64,000 nucleotides of DNA from Camelus dromedarius (GCF_036321535.1 NC_087436.1:62746001-62810000); one strand, 5' to 3'; shown: positions 1 to 13,820, counted from the first letter of the stretch. Numbers and translations are program-made. Notes: generated by a model not told the origin, from the letters alone.

Positions 1-1380
1 TCCTTAATTCCCATGTGTTATCTCTATAAACATTTTGTAAACTTAAATTTTCCTGAAGCTTTGAGGTTGGGGAATGTATCATATCTCATAACTTCAACTT
101 TCTGTCATCCCACCTTAGTTTCTCCTTTGTTACTGTTTTGTTCAATTGTATGAGGAATTAAAAATATTCAACTTTTGCTTTGTCAAAAGCTGGCCCCACA
201 TGCCCAACCCCAGCCCACACTCCACGCACATGGAATGTTAGAGCTAGACAGGTAGAATGGTGGTGTAAAACTTTCTCTTCTTTGAATTATTAGCTGTTTC
301 TGCAATGTTATAAAGTTCATCTTTGTGGCAATAGAAATATGAGGGAAAAAGAAAATACCTCATGTGTGACTATTTAAATCTGGTTACACTCAAGTGATTT
401 AAATGAGAGGGAAAAACAAAGAATGTACCTGATTCCTGATTTCCAAACTTAACAAAATCTAACAAATACAAATATTTTAACTCTTTAAAAGGGGATTTGA
501 GAGAAGGCAAGAGAGGAGGGGTAGAGATATCAAAAGCATCACATATCCAGATTGCAGTTAAAATTAGTTTCCTTTTATAATCCAATTTATGCTTTGTTTA
601 AGGGATACTAGTTTGCTCTAAGGACTGGCCAAGAAAATAAAGTTTATCTTTTGAGTAGAAAATCTGAATACAACTAAATGTGACTTTCAACTTTAAAAAA
701 CGCATAGCTCAAAATTTGTGGAATGAAAAATCCTTAAGCTAAAACCCCTGTGTTTCCTGTTTAATCCGGTGTTTTTCACTGGTTGGGTGAGATTACTACT
801 TATCCTAAGATACAGTTCTTCAGCTTCCACAGGTCTCAGGGTGCTTTTCTAAAAATTGTCTTGGATATTATTCTAATTTTACACAGCCATTTCCTCTGGT
901 TTCTTAGCTTAGAAAATCCGGAGGCAGGTGTTTCACTGGATCCACCTTTCAAACATGCATAGCACAGTTCAGCTTTTTCCATGACTTAATTTTGTATTAC
1001 TTCAAGATACTGATTTTTTTTCCCTTATTCAACTCAGAATATGTATTATTTTGTTTATAATTTATACCTCTTATTTTTGTTTCTAATATTCTCTCAGGTC
1101 ACTTCTTGCATCACTGATCTTTGTGGTTATTTGTATCTAAACACATGTATCTCTTGAGGAGTCAACTCTGTTATTAACCACTAGAGGAAGTCAGTTTCTG
1201 TCTCTACTGACCACTACCATGAGCACTACAGTGCTGAGGGATTGTGATTGGTAGCTGCTTATAAAATGGAGGAAAAAAATAAAGCTATTTGGAAACAACT
1301 TTTCCAAATAAAGCACTTTATTAATATGATTTTATGATCAACTTTTTTCGAAGTATACTAAAAAATTCTGTGGGGTATAA

Positions 1381-1410
1381 TCTCTCTCTCTCTCTCTCTA
1401 TTATATATAT
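1381..1410. repeat. (TC)n followed by a short (TA)n microsatellite
   Basis: tctctctctctctctctcta ttatatatat read directly. Confidence 0.9.
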
Positions 1411-1912
1411 GTCAGACTTAACAAAGCAAAATTACCTATTTCCCAAATGAAAAATAGTAGTAAGGTTTAGAAAAACAAAATATGATTTCCTTATTTGCAC
1501 TTGTTATAGATTATTGTCTTTACTTGAGGAGAGGTGGGTAGAAATTGATATAGGAGTTACTGTGCCTTTATATAGTATATACATGGTGTGGCAGATTAGA
1601 TTACAGTGTCTGTCATTCTTTTATCCATTTTATAATGCCCATGTAGAACATCTCCCACTAACATTCTGGAAACAAATATGGCTTGTGTGAACCCTATTAT
1701 AAAGTGACATAAAATTAACATTTACTGAATATTACCATGATCCAAAGCATTGCTCAAAGTATCTGACTTGTAGGAACTCATTTGTCATTTTATTTTATTG
1801 ATCATAAAACACAGGCCTGGAAAGAAACATATTTTAAACCAAGGCTGGCTTAAATACTATGGTATGTTTGATTGTTTCTGTTTGGATTCTGATTTTCAAG
1901 ATTTGCAAAAAT

Positions 1913-1933
1913 ACACACACACACACACACACA
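1913..1933. repeat. (AC)10 microsatellite
   Basis: Pure AC run read directly. Confidence 0.95.
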
Positions 1934-2599
1934 GTTATTTAAACTATTACTTTCTCTGGATTTCTGCCGTTAATTAATAAGCTATTTTAAGTCATTTAAA
2001 AATGCTGAAATGTTAACTTGCTTCTCTCTTCTCCAAGTCATCAGAGCTGATGTCCTACTCCTTAACCCTGGTACTAGACTGACTGTGTGACCCTTTTTTC
2101 TTGTCATTCTTCTCTGTCACATACAGGAAAATTTGAAATCCCTGTGACCATAAACACTCAAATCCAATAGAGTAATGTAGATATTTGAATGCTTTTTATC
2201 ACTATGTAAAGATAACATGGGCTGATTATATTTTTGGATGACTTTTCTTACGTGAGCTGCTGGAGAATTAAAAGCTGATAGACTGATGATAAAGGCAGAA
2301 TGCTTCTTGAATTGCATATTAAAATTCTGGCCCAAACCAATAGTGTTGTGTCTGTCTCTAATTCCTTCTGCTTTAATTATTTAATGTTCTCTTTTCATAA
2401 TTGAAAAATAAATCTCTGTTCATGTCGACTTTTCATTCTAAATCATCAATAAAAAGAAATTTGAATTAATAAGCTGAATATTCAGGCTTCCATGTTCTGA
2501 TCCTAGTCTTCTTTTCCGAGTTTTAGTCTCACCTTTCATTTTCATTTAAACTGAACTGCTTAGTCCAGCTTTCTTCCCACTCTTCCTCATTTGGGCTTT

Positions 2600-2860
2600 C
2601 ACATACTGGCCCCTTCAATTAAAATATTATATTGCTCCAACACATGATCTCCATGAAGCTTTCTAAAACTTCCAACTGAAAGCAATTTCCTACAAATTTA
2701 ATGCTACCATTGTGTGTCCTGATTTATACAAATTTATCCACAGACCCTTCCATCCCCTTAGAAAATAAACTTCTTGAGGGCAGGGGCCACATTAAAACTT
2801 TTTTCGTATTTCCAAAATGCCTAACGGTAGATAGTAGTTAATAGACAGTATTTTTACCTA
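2600..2860 (+). mobile_element. LINE-2 3' end fragment (ancient)
   Basis: 'aaacttcttgagggcaggggcc...tttcgtatttccaaaatgcctaac' resembles the L2 3' motif taagctccttgagggcagggac...tgtatccccagtgcctagcac. Confidence 0.6.
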
Positions 2861-3289
2861 AATCCATCAAGTGCGTTCCTTATTCAGAGAGATACTAATT
2901 AGATTTAGATTCGTACAGATATTCAAAAATATACATGCAGTGTCCTCAGGCTAAAATTGTAATTCAGTCTGAGACTGAACCAAGCTCCGTTGTTAAAAAC
3001 AAACAAAAAATTACAGGTTATTTTGAACGTCATTCCAGTATTATGAGCTCTGAGATAAGAAATTTAAATAAGCCCTGGGTCAAGAGTTTTGTATTTTACA
3101 TTATTTGGGAAGTTTTCTCTTAATTATGTAAGTAAATCATGGTCATTATTTCATAAATGAAATGACTGATGAGAAAAAATATGAAAAGTTACTTTCTGTA
3201 CATAGACTATAAATTCAGATATAAAAAAATTAAAAAGACCAGACTATTACATCGTTTATATTTAAATATATTTATTTTATTGAAGAAGA

Positions 3290-4400
3290 CACTTTTCTAT
3301 TCTTATAAGTACATGAATATATCATTATCTTAGTGGTTGCACACCATTCCTATATGGATGTATTATAATCAGTGCATTTGTGTTAATATTTAGATTGTTC
3401 CATTGTTTAAACATTATAAATAATGTAGCAACAGATATTCTTACATGTGCATCTTTATCACAGTAACACCAGCCTGGTAACACTGCCTGGTAAGAGTAAG
3501 AGTTTCATAAATGAAAGAGAACATGGTAGTTGTGATTAATGAATTAATTCAGAAAGTGAACTTTTGCATACTTGGATGATTTTTTTAAGATAAAGTGCTG
3601 GGCCAAAATTTATGCATATGCATTACAAATGCATACAAGCATTTATTTGTAACATCTGTATGACAAGAAGTGTTTGACAGTATTCATTTCCCACTGATGT
3701 GGATTGTATGTTTGTGTCCTCCCAAAATTCATGTCAAAACTTAATACCCACTGTGATCTTATTAGGAGGTGGGGCCATTGGGAAGTTCTAGGTCATGAGG
3801 GTGGAGCTCTCATAAATGGGATGAGCGCTCTTGACAAAGAGATCCCAGGGAGCTCTGTAGCCTCTTCTGCCATGTGAGGTTACAGTAAATAGAAAGGCAT
3901 CAATGCAGAAGCAGGCGCTCCTCAGACACAAAGTCTACTGCTGCCGTGATCTTGAACTTGACAGCTTCCAGAACTGTGCGAAACAAATCTGAGCTGATTG
4001 TACGCCACCAGCTTACGGTACTTTTGTTATAGTCACTAGACTGGACTGACATCCACATTTTTAACAAAACTGTACATTGTTATTCATTTTAATCTTTGCC
4101 AATCTGAAAAATTAAAAAATTTCATGGCTGTTTAAATTTCGTTACTTTTGATTCCAAAGATGTTTGAGGAGTTTTTCATATTTTCACATATTTCTTCTTT
4201 TCTGAATTTATGTTCTTTACCCAATTTTCTGTGAGGGAACTGATCTTAACTGATTTATAATAAGCCTTATTTAAGTAAATACAAACACTTCACCTTATAA
4301 GAGAAAATTTTCCAAATTGTTCATTTCCTTCTATTTTGTTTATGATTTATTTTGATACACTGTTTATTATTTAATGTTATACTTCAAGGTTTATAGCTTT
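3290..4400 (-). mobile_element. Old L1 (L1M/L1ME-like) ORF2 3'-region fragment, interrupted by an MLT1A LTR
   Basis: Antisense L1 motifs 'tttagattgttccattgtttaaacattataaataatgtagcaac' and 'atctttgccaatctgaaaa...gtttttcatattt' lie on both sides of the LTR. Confidence 0.6.
3695..4051 (+). mobile_element. MLT1A/MLT1A0 solo LTR (ERVL-MaLR)
   Basis: TG...CA ends; 'tttgtgtcctcccaaaattcatg', 'ttaggaggtggggcc', 'gagggtggagc', 'cttccagaactgtg', 'ttgttatag'; 5-bp TSD cccac (3690-3694) / tccac (4052-4056). Confidence 0.88.
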
Positions 4401-4739
4401 GGGGTCATGTTTGAAATTTCAGACCTCCATTACAATCTTACTCTTCTCTAAATAAAGTTCACTTCAAATTGCATAGTACATTAACTATCCATTTCATTTT
4501 AATTCTTAAATTTCTCGCCAGTTCCTTGGAGTTACGAGTGTATCTCATCCCTGTGCCTCATCCTGCCTCTTTCAAATTTGTATTTTTAATAAATCTGAAC
4601 CTACTTATAGTCTATACTAATAACTATTTTTCCTATTAGAGAATGCCAATCTTTCCTTTTTTACCCATTCTTCTCTTAGTTTCCTGCCTAATATTTTAAA
4701 AGGAACAATTGTACTAATTTTCAATTGTTGAAGCAATTT

Positions 4740-4840
4740 ATGGAAAAGTAAAATACTCATTGCATGGATCAGGTACTGTACTAGGAGCTGAGTACATGGT
4801 GAGTAATATGTCCCAGACGCATTCCTGGGCCATGTGGCCT
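4740..4840 (-). mobile_element. L2 3' fragment
   Basis: 'caggtactgtactaggagctgagtacatggtgagtaa' resembles the antisense L2 tail. Confidence 0.5.
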
Positions 4841-5179
4841 ACAAACCTCTTTGATACGTTTTCTTCATTTTATCAGTTTCACAAACATTATATATGTGTG
4901 ACATATATATTCCCCAGAGGCTTTCCATATGTTCCATACTGAATTTATTAAAAGAGATAATTTAGTTACCTCAGACTGCTTTTTAATATAACATAAAAAT
5001 GCAGTCCATAAGAGTGTTTCTTAATATATTTTTAAGTCATTAAGAGCATACAAATCTGAGCTTGCTGGGCATGGCAAAATAAAACATGCTATAAGTAATA
5101 TCAATGTATATCTGGGAAAATGTAACTCTATATTGGAAAGTATTGTCTCCTTTTATATTTTAGGATTTAGGATGGAAAT

Positions 5180-5900
5180 AGTATTGTGTGTTTGGATCAT
5201 TTTATCCTTACTAGATTTTTCTCTACTTATTCTTCTTTCAATCACTGAGAGAAGGGTTTGAAATATCTAATTATAATTTGAATTTACTATTTTCCTCTAC
5301 AATTTGCCAAGGTTTTTTTCTTTTTGCTTATTGTATTTTGAGTTTTCGTTAATGAGTACATACATATTGAATATTTGTATGTCTTCTTGATGAATGTTTC
5401 CTTCATCATCACTAAACTATCTCTCTGTTCATACTCTTTTTTCCTCAGGTCAACTTTGTCTAATATATCCACTTAGACCTTCTCATGATTGGTGTTTACA
5501 TGGCATAAATTTTCAAATTTTTAAAAAACTCTTTGCTACTTTATATTTTATGTGCATCTTTTGTAAATAGTATATAATTGGGTCTTTCTTTTTAATCCAG
5601 TAGGATGTTTACTGCTTTTAAGAAGAGTATTTATTCCTTTTGTATTTATAGTCATTATTTATATGGATGGAATTAATTTTACCACCAAAGTCTTTGTTTT
5701 ATTATTTATCTTTTCTTTTCTTTCTCCTCTCCTATTTTTGTTCGGATCAATTGTATGTTTTAGTTTTCCACTGTCTTCTCCATTGATTTCTTCACCATGG
5801 ATTTTTAATAAATGTATATATGGCTCCTCTAGAGTTTATAATATCTTTAGCTTATCATTGTGTACCTTCAGAAAATATTATCACACTTCACATATAACCT
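5180..5900 (-). mobile_element. Old L1 fragment covering the ORF2 endonuclease region and upstream sequence
   Basis: ORF 5287-5472(-) begins ILDKVDLRKK...RDSLVMMK, a decayed version of the L1 EN segment ILISDKVDFK...RDKEGHYIMIK. Confidence 0.7.
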
Positions 5901-6139
5901 AAGAAGCTGACAAAAGAGAGATTAAATGAATTGATGAAGGTCTTTCAAGTAGCTTGTGGAGTAATGAAAAATAAAAGTCAAAATTTATGACCTTCATCTT
6001 TATCTTTAACAGAATGCCATTACTTAGCCAACATCTAGTCAAACAGAATAAAGCACTCACTGGTGACCAGGTCTCTGTTGTGTAGATGATCAACCTGTCT
6101 GGGCTATGAATCATGCAAAACATTTGGGGATGTCTTTGT

Positions 6140-6320
6140 TTTAAGACAGGACTGGTTTCAAAACTTGACTATAACAGTTGCTACTTATTAACTATTAACC
6201 CTCTGAATTTCATTTCCCCACCAAGAATCAGAGCCAAGTGAACGAACTTCATGTAAAAATTAATCTAAAAATAAATATTATGAATAATGTGTAGCTGCAT
6301 AATAAATATTAATTCCCTTC
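6140..6320 (+). mobile_element. MIR SINE fragment (degenerate)
   Basis: 'ggtttcaaaacttgactata...taaccctctgaatttcatttcccc' resembles the MIR core. Confidence 0.45.
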
Positions 6321-9300
6321 CTGGACTTGGGATTCTTTCTTTTCTGCCAGCGGATTTAAAATGCAAGAGAAAGAAGGAAAAGCAATTGTGTGATTTTGTT
6401 ATTTACATGTTGATTTTTTTACCTGTTTTGGGGAAGATTTTATGGAAATAAGGCTTAAACATCCTTTCTGAATGGTGGACTTTAACTTGTCTATGCATTA
6501 TAATTATCTTTTTCCATGATAAATAATTTAAAATTTACTATTTTTACAAGTAGGTATCTAATTCGGATTGATTTATATTTAGCATTATAATAGTAAGAGA
6601 AACAGGTATTGAATTAGATGGCCTCTATTCCATTGAAATGTTTTGATTATTTTAAAATAGCAGAGAAGCCAATCACAAATCCATATTTTCTTTAGTCAGA
6701 AACTTTGCAATATCACAGATAACTAACACCAGCTATGTGTTGCTTGGATTTTTTTTGTGTGAGTGATTTTCTCTTTAAATTTCATTAGACCAAAGCATTC
6801 TCAAAGTAGTTAAGCTCTAGCCAGTCACTTAGCTAATTGTTTATCAAATCCATCAATCTTTTGAACATCCATATTTTTCACCTGAATTAAAAGTAGAGGT
6901 TCTTTGAATCATTTTATGGATTTTCTGGCAATGAGCTAACAGAGGATATCCTAACTAATTGACTCTGCTTAATATCACTTTGTGCATTCTGTTGTCTGCT
7001 TTTCATTCCAAATGAGTAATTCCAAATGAGTAATTTTCTCACCAGACAAGGTGAGATCCGAGGTCCAATCCATGGAAATGACCAGTTCTCTTGCACTAAA
7101 CCTTACAAGTATGTACATCCATGAGCATCTTATATGGAAAATAAAACTTACTGTAAGATTCTCTCTTCTTAATTTGCCTCAGCTCATTGAGGCTATTGGT
7201 CAAGAGTGATGTTCTGCTTTTACTACTCCAGGTACCTGTGACATTTTAGAATGCTTAAACTGATAATTTTGAAAATTATTTTTGGCCTTTCTAAATCCCA
7301 CAGAGGGTTACAACACCAAAATTTCAAATATGTTTGGCAAAAAGTGTTGAAAATGTGTTTGGTACAAAGAGCGGGAAAAACACTTTTCTGGAGGAATGAC
7401 TGTGGATCCTAAGATTACTTTTATTTTTACAAGAGCTTTAAGAACTCTTCTCATTATCTAAATCACCTGCGTGTTGTTTGTGTCCTTTCTTTTGACTTTA
7501 AAGAGTAAGGTTTCCCCCTTCAGCTCTAAAAGTGTTTGTGGAGGACTAGACGTTTACACAATGAAGACCTTTACAAGAACTTTTTTCTATTTCCACACAC
7601 AGAGATGTGAGTCACATAGGAGCTACTCTCTCATTAGCATGGCCACTGTTTGGCATAAATGCCAACATCTTAGCTGAAATTCTTTTCTCTCTTTAGAAAG
7701 CATAGTGTGATACAAATGGCTGATATGTTTGGGGATGAAAGTGGCAGACTGTGACAAGAGGTGGAACCACAAATAAGTCCTAGGCTCTAGAATCTTGGTG
7801 TCTCTTCGATTCAAAAATGCTATAGAAATAAATTTTCTTTTGGATGAAAAGTGTGTATGTAGTGGAAGTTAAAGTGCTTTGTGAAATAACAGTAAATAAT
7901 CAAATACTTCTAATATATAACTCATTACATGTTTATAAAAAGTCTTACAGTTTTTAAAGAGCTTTCATATTCTGCCTCCGATCTGAATAAATGTAGGAAG
8001 AGTGAGATGGTGAGATGATTTGACATTGTCTTGACATCTACACTGGCATTACGTATTTTCTTACCTTTTCTCTTTTTTCCTAACATGCTACCAAATAAAG
8101 AAAGTTTTACAAAACAAATTCATTGCATTTCAGTGGACCGAAGTTTTACCCTGGTTTATTCTTAACGAGTCTCTACCTGTAATTAGACCAATTTGGAAAG
8201 AAAGGCAAAACTGCAAGGAGCAGTTTTACTGCACAATATAGTTCGTAGTGAATTGCTACAGTGATATTTCCATTTTTCACTCACAAAACAAATTAAAAAA
8301 GTGTTTTGCCCTTAATTATACCCCAAGGATAACGGTAAAAAAATGCATTCAACCTAGGCAGTCATTCAATACCATTTATTTCACATAAATAAATCGAGTT
8401 CCCCATTTAAAAGAGAAGGTCAAGTGTGATGTGGGGTGAAGAGAATGATTTCTCTAGGGAAAAAGTGAGAAATTAATTTCTCTCGAATATAAGAGGTAGA
8501 GACAAAGCAAATGATATCAATTAATATGGAAGCAAAATAAAAATAAATTAGTTCAAAAGAAAACCCAAATCTAAACATTGAGGAAGTAGACCTTTTATGA
8601 AATATTTATTGAATATAAAGAGTTAGAGAGAAAACTGTAGAATGAATACTTTGTATTTTAAAATCTGTTTTGTTTTATTTTCATATTTTTAATATTTAGG
8701 CACTCACTTTGGTATGAAATCTACATTATTATAAGATGTAAAATGGACAATATGGAAATATACCTACCAAACTTTTTGATACAAAGGCATTTGGTTAAGA
8801 TGAAGGTTTGGCTAGAGTGTTCTTTAGGGTTAATTAAAGCTGAATCTTTATCTTAAATACTTTTAACTCCTATCTCCTCTATTGGCACATTATGTTATCT
8901 TAATATGTGCATTAATACTTTTATTATTTTCATCTTTTTATTTACCAGTACCTAATAAAATTTTAAATGTATTAATTGATTGTATGCTTCTTATATATAA
9001 GAACTTCCAAACTTACAAAAATTTCTCTACAAAAATATCCATAATATAGAAATGAGAGGAGCAGGAAACACATGCAAATACACCTTTTGAATTTTTACTT
9101 CACGACCAGAGGACTCATAAAGATAATATTTTCAAAGATTTCATACATGCATTCCTCTAATTTTCCTACCATCATTACTTGGTTCCAAAAAAAACCCTAG
9201 AATATTACTTGTAATCATACTGATTACATAAAGACAGTACACGCAAATCTGGATCAAAAGAATCAAATCAGTGTCATTTTTCACAAGCCTGCTATAACTA

Positions 9301-9912
9301 TTCTTAGGGTAATTGTTTAAAATAATATGATTTATTTTATGTGATAGAAGTACATTTTTGCATCATTATGACATTTTCATTTTGGCAGCTATAAAAAATT
9401 TAGATGAAATGGATATATATTTTTTATGTAAGTATACAAAGTGCATTAACCTGACAAGTTTTAAAGAAGATCTTAAAAAAAAAAAAAAACCCGACATTAA
9501 ATGTGATCGTAGATTTAGAGCACAGAAGATGGAAGCATTCCTATTTCAGGGAGTAAATTCAAATTTAAGGTTCAAGCGTAACCATCATTCCCAAATACAT
9601 GGAGCAACATGTTTCTTTTCTTTGAAACATGAAGCAGATATATTTGCGTTTCTCATTTTTTTATGCTTTGCCACATCAGGTCTCTAAATACACATTAAAT
9701 CAAAAAAGTACCTATGATGACCTACAGAGATGAAAGTTTCCCATTTGTGAGAACTCTATTTATTGAGCATATGCATATTCTTTTTTTCAATATGATGGGA
9801 AAAAAACATTACATTGCAAAAATACTAAATTTTTGTAGGTTTATAGACATTTTAGTGGCTAATTCTTCAGGACAAGTCAAATGTTTCATAATATCAGGTA
9901 TCTTTATAAAAA

Positions 9913-10113
9913 AATAAGGACCTACTGTATAGCACAGGGAACTGTATTCAATATCTTGTAATAACTTGTAATGGAAAAGAATCTGAAAAAGAAAAAATAT
10001 ATATATATACACATATATATATATATAAAACTGAATCACTTTGCTGTACTCCTGAAACTAACACAATGCTGTAAATCAACTATGCTTCAATTTAATAAAG
10101 AACAAAAAAAAAA
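9913..10113 (+). mobile_element. L1 3'UTR and poly(A) fragment, cetartiodactyl type
   Basis: 'aaggacctactgtatagcacagggaact...gaatctgaaaaaga...actgaatcactttgctgtac...gtaaatcaactat' followed by an A-rich tail; internal (TA)n. Confidence 0.88.
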
Positions 10114-11599
10114 GCAGATATTTTTCCATTTAGTGGATACTTTCAAAATAATTACCTTGTTTCCATATTTTGGACTCATGTAAGTTTAATATGCACTGGA
10201 GTATGACAAATCTTTAATAACTCTTCTTTTGATCTCCTTGATGTGAAAAATAAATATCCTTTGCTATATAACATGAAGTGAATATAATGTTTAGAAGTCT
10301 CCCTTCTCTTTTTTGAAGTGATTGCCAAATTCTATAGGGAAATAAATTAATTTTATATATCATTCATAATTTAACATTTATTTCATTTTATTATATTTTT
10401 ATATTGCCTAAGCAAAAGTTTTGACTTAATAGATACTGTATGTTGAGGTGAGAATACAAGAATGATCATAAATATCTCTGCCTTAAGGGAAATTTCCTAT
10501 TTTCACATGGGAGTGATTTTTAAATGATCTTGTGAGCTTAGTTACAGAATCAAATTAATTACATGAAAATATTTATAAAAATTATTGCAATTCAAATATT
10601 AAGGTACATTATTATGCATGAATATTGTTTTATCTTTTCTTTTGTCAAGAATCATCTATGTAAGTTCTTTAAGCGGTTTGTTTCTACATATCAATTCATT
10701 ATTATTTCTATTATTATTTTTTTCTCTCCCAGAATTGCTATTTGAAGTGCACTGACTGAAGTCAGATAACTGAAAAATTAGCATTAAGATGTCATAAGAT
10801 TCTGCTCACTTTAAGTAAGTGATGAATTTAAGTTATTTTGTTTTTAAGGCTTTGTACAGAGATTCCTTTCATGTTCTTCCATTATCAGTTTGAAAAATGT
10901 TACTCTCAGTAGTATATCATAGAAGGTCTAGTTAAAATTTATGCAATTCTGCCAGTTGTATGTTTATTGAATAACCTGCCTATGACGAACAGTTCATAGT
11001 GTTTTAAAATAAAATGTGGTGAAATAGATATAAGATCCAATCATCCCTTTGTACCTCTCCACCCTATTGTTTTGGAGAATTCTGTAGAACTTCTAAAGAA
11101 ACATCTTTTAGGAAGAGAAAAATACAGAACTTGATATTATAATAGAAGAAATAAAGGCCGTATTAATTAAAATAAATAAGAAATGAATATATACTTCCTC
11201 ACACACACACATACTTCTACTTTATCAAAAATTCTCATTGATTTAGCTTATTTTGCAAGTAAACTGTGATAAGTTAACATCAGTGTTTCCCTGACATCTT
11301 TGGCTTTATTTACATTTTGGAATGATTTCAACATTAACTCAAAATACTGTTTTGAAATAAATTATTTAATGTTATGACTGCCTTGCTAAGTTTGACCTTA
11401 TGATTTTTAGCAGACAAACATGTAACCAATATCACTGTGTATCTGTGACTATTTATGCTACTTGAAAAAACTGAATATATATATGATTTATAATATACTT
11501 AGGGATAATATACATCCCTAAAACTACTTGTGCACTGATTGGACCACATTTAAGATTGTTGTCATTGTTGCTGTTCCATCCTAATCAGCATACCTCCAG

Positions 11600-12155
11600 T
11601 TGAAAATAACAACCACATCAACAGTAACCCTGACTCAACTTGACTCATCATGAAGGACACCTGTTACCTCATATCTCGTACAACAGGACCTCCAGAGCCA
11701 GGTCAGATTTGAGGGTTTGCTGTTTTACTGTTTCAGTGATGTTAACATCAATCACAAGTTCCTTGCATCTCTCCTGTCTGGTATCCTCAGTAAGTCATTT
11801 TTGCCCTCAGCCTAGATCTTCAAGTCTTAGATGATGGCTGAAGCAGAACACAAGTACATTTAGAGGCAGAAAAGGAGTAAGGGAATCATGAACACATGTT
11901 CACCTGTCAACATGAAGCCAAATACCCATATATTTAATAAATCAGAATTGGGTCACCTCTTTCTTGATTAGTTATAAGCAAGGGAAATAGAACCACATAA
12001 AATTGGAATTTACCTAGTAACCGTGACTTGTTGACCTTGGGAGATGGTCTCGTGCTCTAGAGGTATATAGGACAGAGGTAGACATCACAATGAAATCAGC
12101 ACTCTATGTCTAAACTAAGGAAGTGGGGGGACATGAACATTGGGTGGAATGCAAT
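11600..12155 (-). mobile_element. Old MaLR LTR (MLT1J/K/L-like)
   Basis: 'cagaattgggtcac', 'aagggaaatagaaccac', 'taaggaagtggggg...attgggtgg' resemble antisense MLT1K-type LTR motifs. Confidence 0.5.
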
Positions 12156-12738
12156 GTTATATCCTTTAACAGTTCATAATATTTCACATTAATGGAATAA
12201 TCAGACCCATATAAATGATCTGTGTATAGGTTTTGTACCAATTCAAAGTACCTTACTTTTAGGAAACTTAGTTTAAAGAAAGCCAAAGTAAAGGATTGGG
12301 AAACATCACATTTTATTTCTGCTAACCTGATGCAATTCATGATAACTTTAATCCCTTTTCTACAAATTAGTGCTACACATTGCTAGAAAGGCTAATCATA
12401 TGTGTGCCAATCTTGTCTATTTTAGACCAAATATGTCTATTTGAAAAACTTAAGCTCATTGAATTTATAAACCCTCTTGTACTCCTGGTTATTGTCTTAC
12501 TGTTACACTTAAAAACAGACACAGTGCTCCATTTTCCAGCTGAGTATATCCTCCAGTAGAAATATAGTCCCCCTTAACCAAAAAGATAATAACTGGCTTA
12601 AGTTTATATAAACTTTCTTTAGCATTCATGAAACATCCATCTTTTAAATCAAATTTATAAATAAATTATAATCATTTTATACATGCACAATGAAACAAAT
12701 TTAAGTAATTTCAGACTATTTTTCTTATATCCTAGTTT

Positions 12739-12872
12739 TTTAAAAAACATTTTCCTGGGGGAGGCAGTTAGGTTTATTTATTTATTTCTGTTTAGGAGAG
12801 GAACTGGGGATTGAACCCAGGACCTTGTGCATGCTAAGCATGCGCTCTACCACTTGAGCTATACCCTACCTC
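12739..12872 (-). mobile_element. Vic-1-type camelid tRNA-Ala-derived SINE
   Basis: Reverse strand reads GAGGTAGGGTATAGCTCAAGTGGTAGAGCGCATGCTTAGCATGCACAAGGTCCTGGGTTCAATCCCCAG with Pol III A and B boxes, then (TAAA)n and a CCTAACTGCCTCCCCC tail; TSD atcctagttt (12729-12738) / agcctagttt (12873-12882). Confidence 0.9.
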
Positions 12873-12944
12873 AGCCTAGTTTGTTAATATACTTTGTTTA
12901 TTGACCTAAATAAAATTTATTAGTAAATAATGCATTTAACTAGG

Positions 12945-13142
12945 TAATTTATTAACACTACATGTGGAGGTACACTTAATTGTAATAATAACTCTCTGAA
13001 GAATTATTTTTATATCTAATTTACAGAAGAGAAAAATGAGTTTCAGAGATATTAATTACCTTGTCCAGGTTTACACAGCCAGTAACTGGTGCATCTAGAT
13101 TTCTAAACCACAGTTATTTGACATCAAAGCCTGTGCTGTCTT
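12945..13142 (-). mobile_element. MIR SINE
   Basis: 'atttacagaagagaaaaatgagtttcagaga...ccttgtccaggtttacacagccagtaactggt...tgacatcaaagcctgtgct' matches the antisense MIR core. Confidence 0.8.
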
Positions 13143-13559
13143 ATATAGGAAGGGATATCAGTGGAAGTTCAATAACTACATGAGTGGTTAAACATCACAG
13201 ATTAAAGCTTATCTTGGAGTATTCCTCGGGATAGTAATAGTACTAATATGATGATAAAATGGTTAAGTGATCAAATTATTTGGGAATAGTGGGCTAAAAC
13301 ATGTTAAATTATTTCATATCAGAATTTGTCAGAGACTTTGATATATTTATGTATAATACAGCTTTTGAACCTTTAAGATAGCAATACAGAATTATAGTTA
13401 GCAAGACAATTTCTTCATAGAATCTTTCTATGGTCAGTTCTTTTTGGCTCTTGCATAATTTAAGCCCTTAAGAAACAGAATATATATAAAATCACCTGCC
13501 AAACTTAAAAAAACCCCTATATATTATATTTATATATGTTATATAAAATTTCAAACCTA

Positions 13560-13820
13560 CATAATTGTTGATACAATTGCTTCTTTAACCTCTATCTAGT
13601 GTTAAAAATTATTAATTTATGATAGACCCCTAAATTCTCCCTTAAGTTATTTTTTGTAGAGAATGCCAGAATTATATCATTTCATCCATAATCATTTCAA
13701 TAAAATAACATATTTTTATAACAACCATAATATAATTATCAAATTAAATAATTAATCCCTAGTCATTAATATCTAGTCAATATTTAATCAGTTTACAAAT
13801 TTCTAGTTTTCTCATAGATG
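13560..13820 (-). mobile_element. Old L1 (L1MC-like) 3' fragment
   Basis: 'ataacaaccataatataattatc...aatatctagtcaatattt...caaatttc' resembles antisense L1MC 3' sequence. Confidence 0.4.

Noticed and set aside
12800..12872. tRNA-Ala-like sequence (also at 43190-43274)
   Set aside because: It is the head of a SINE, with an AT-rich tail and TSD and no intact acceptor stem
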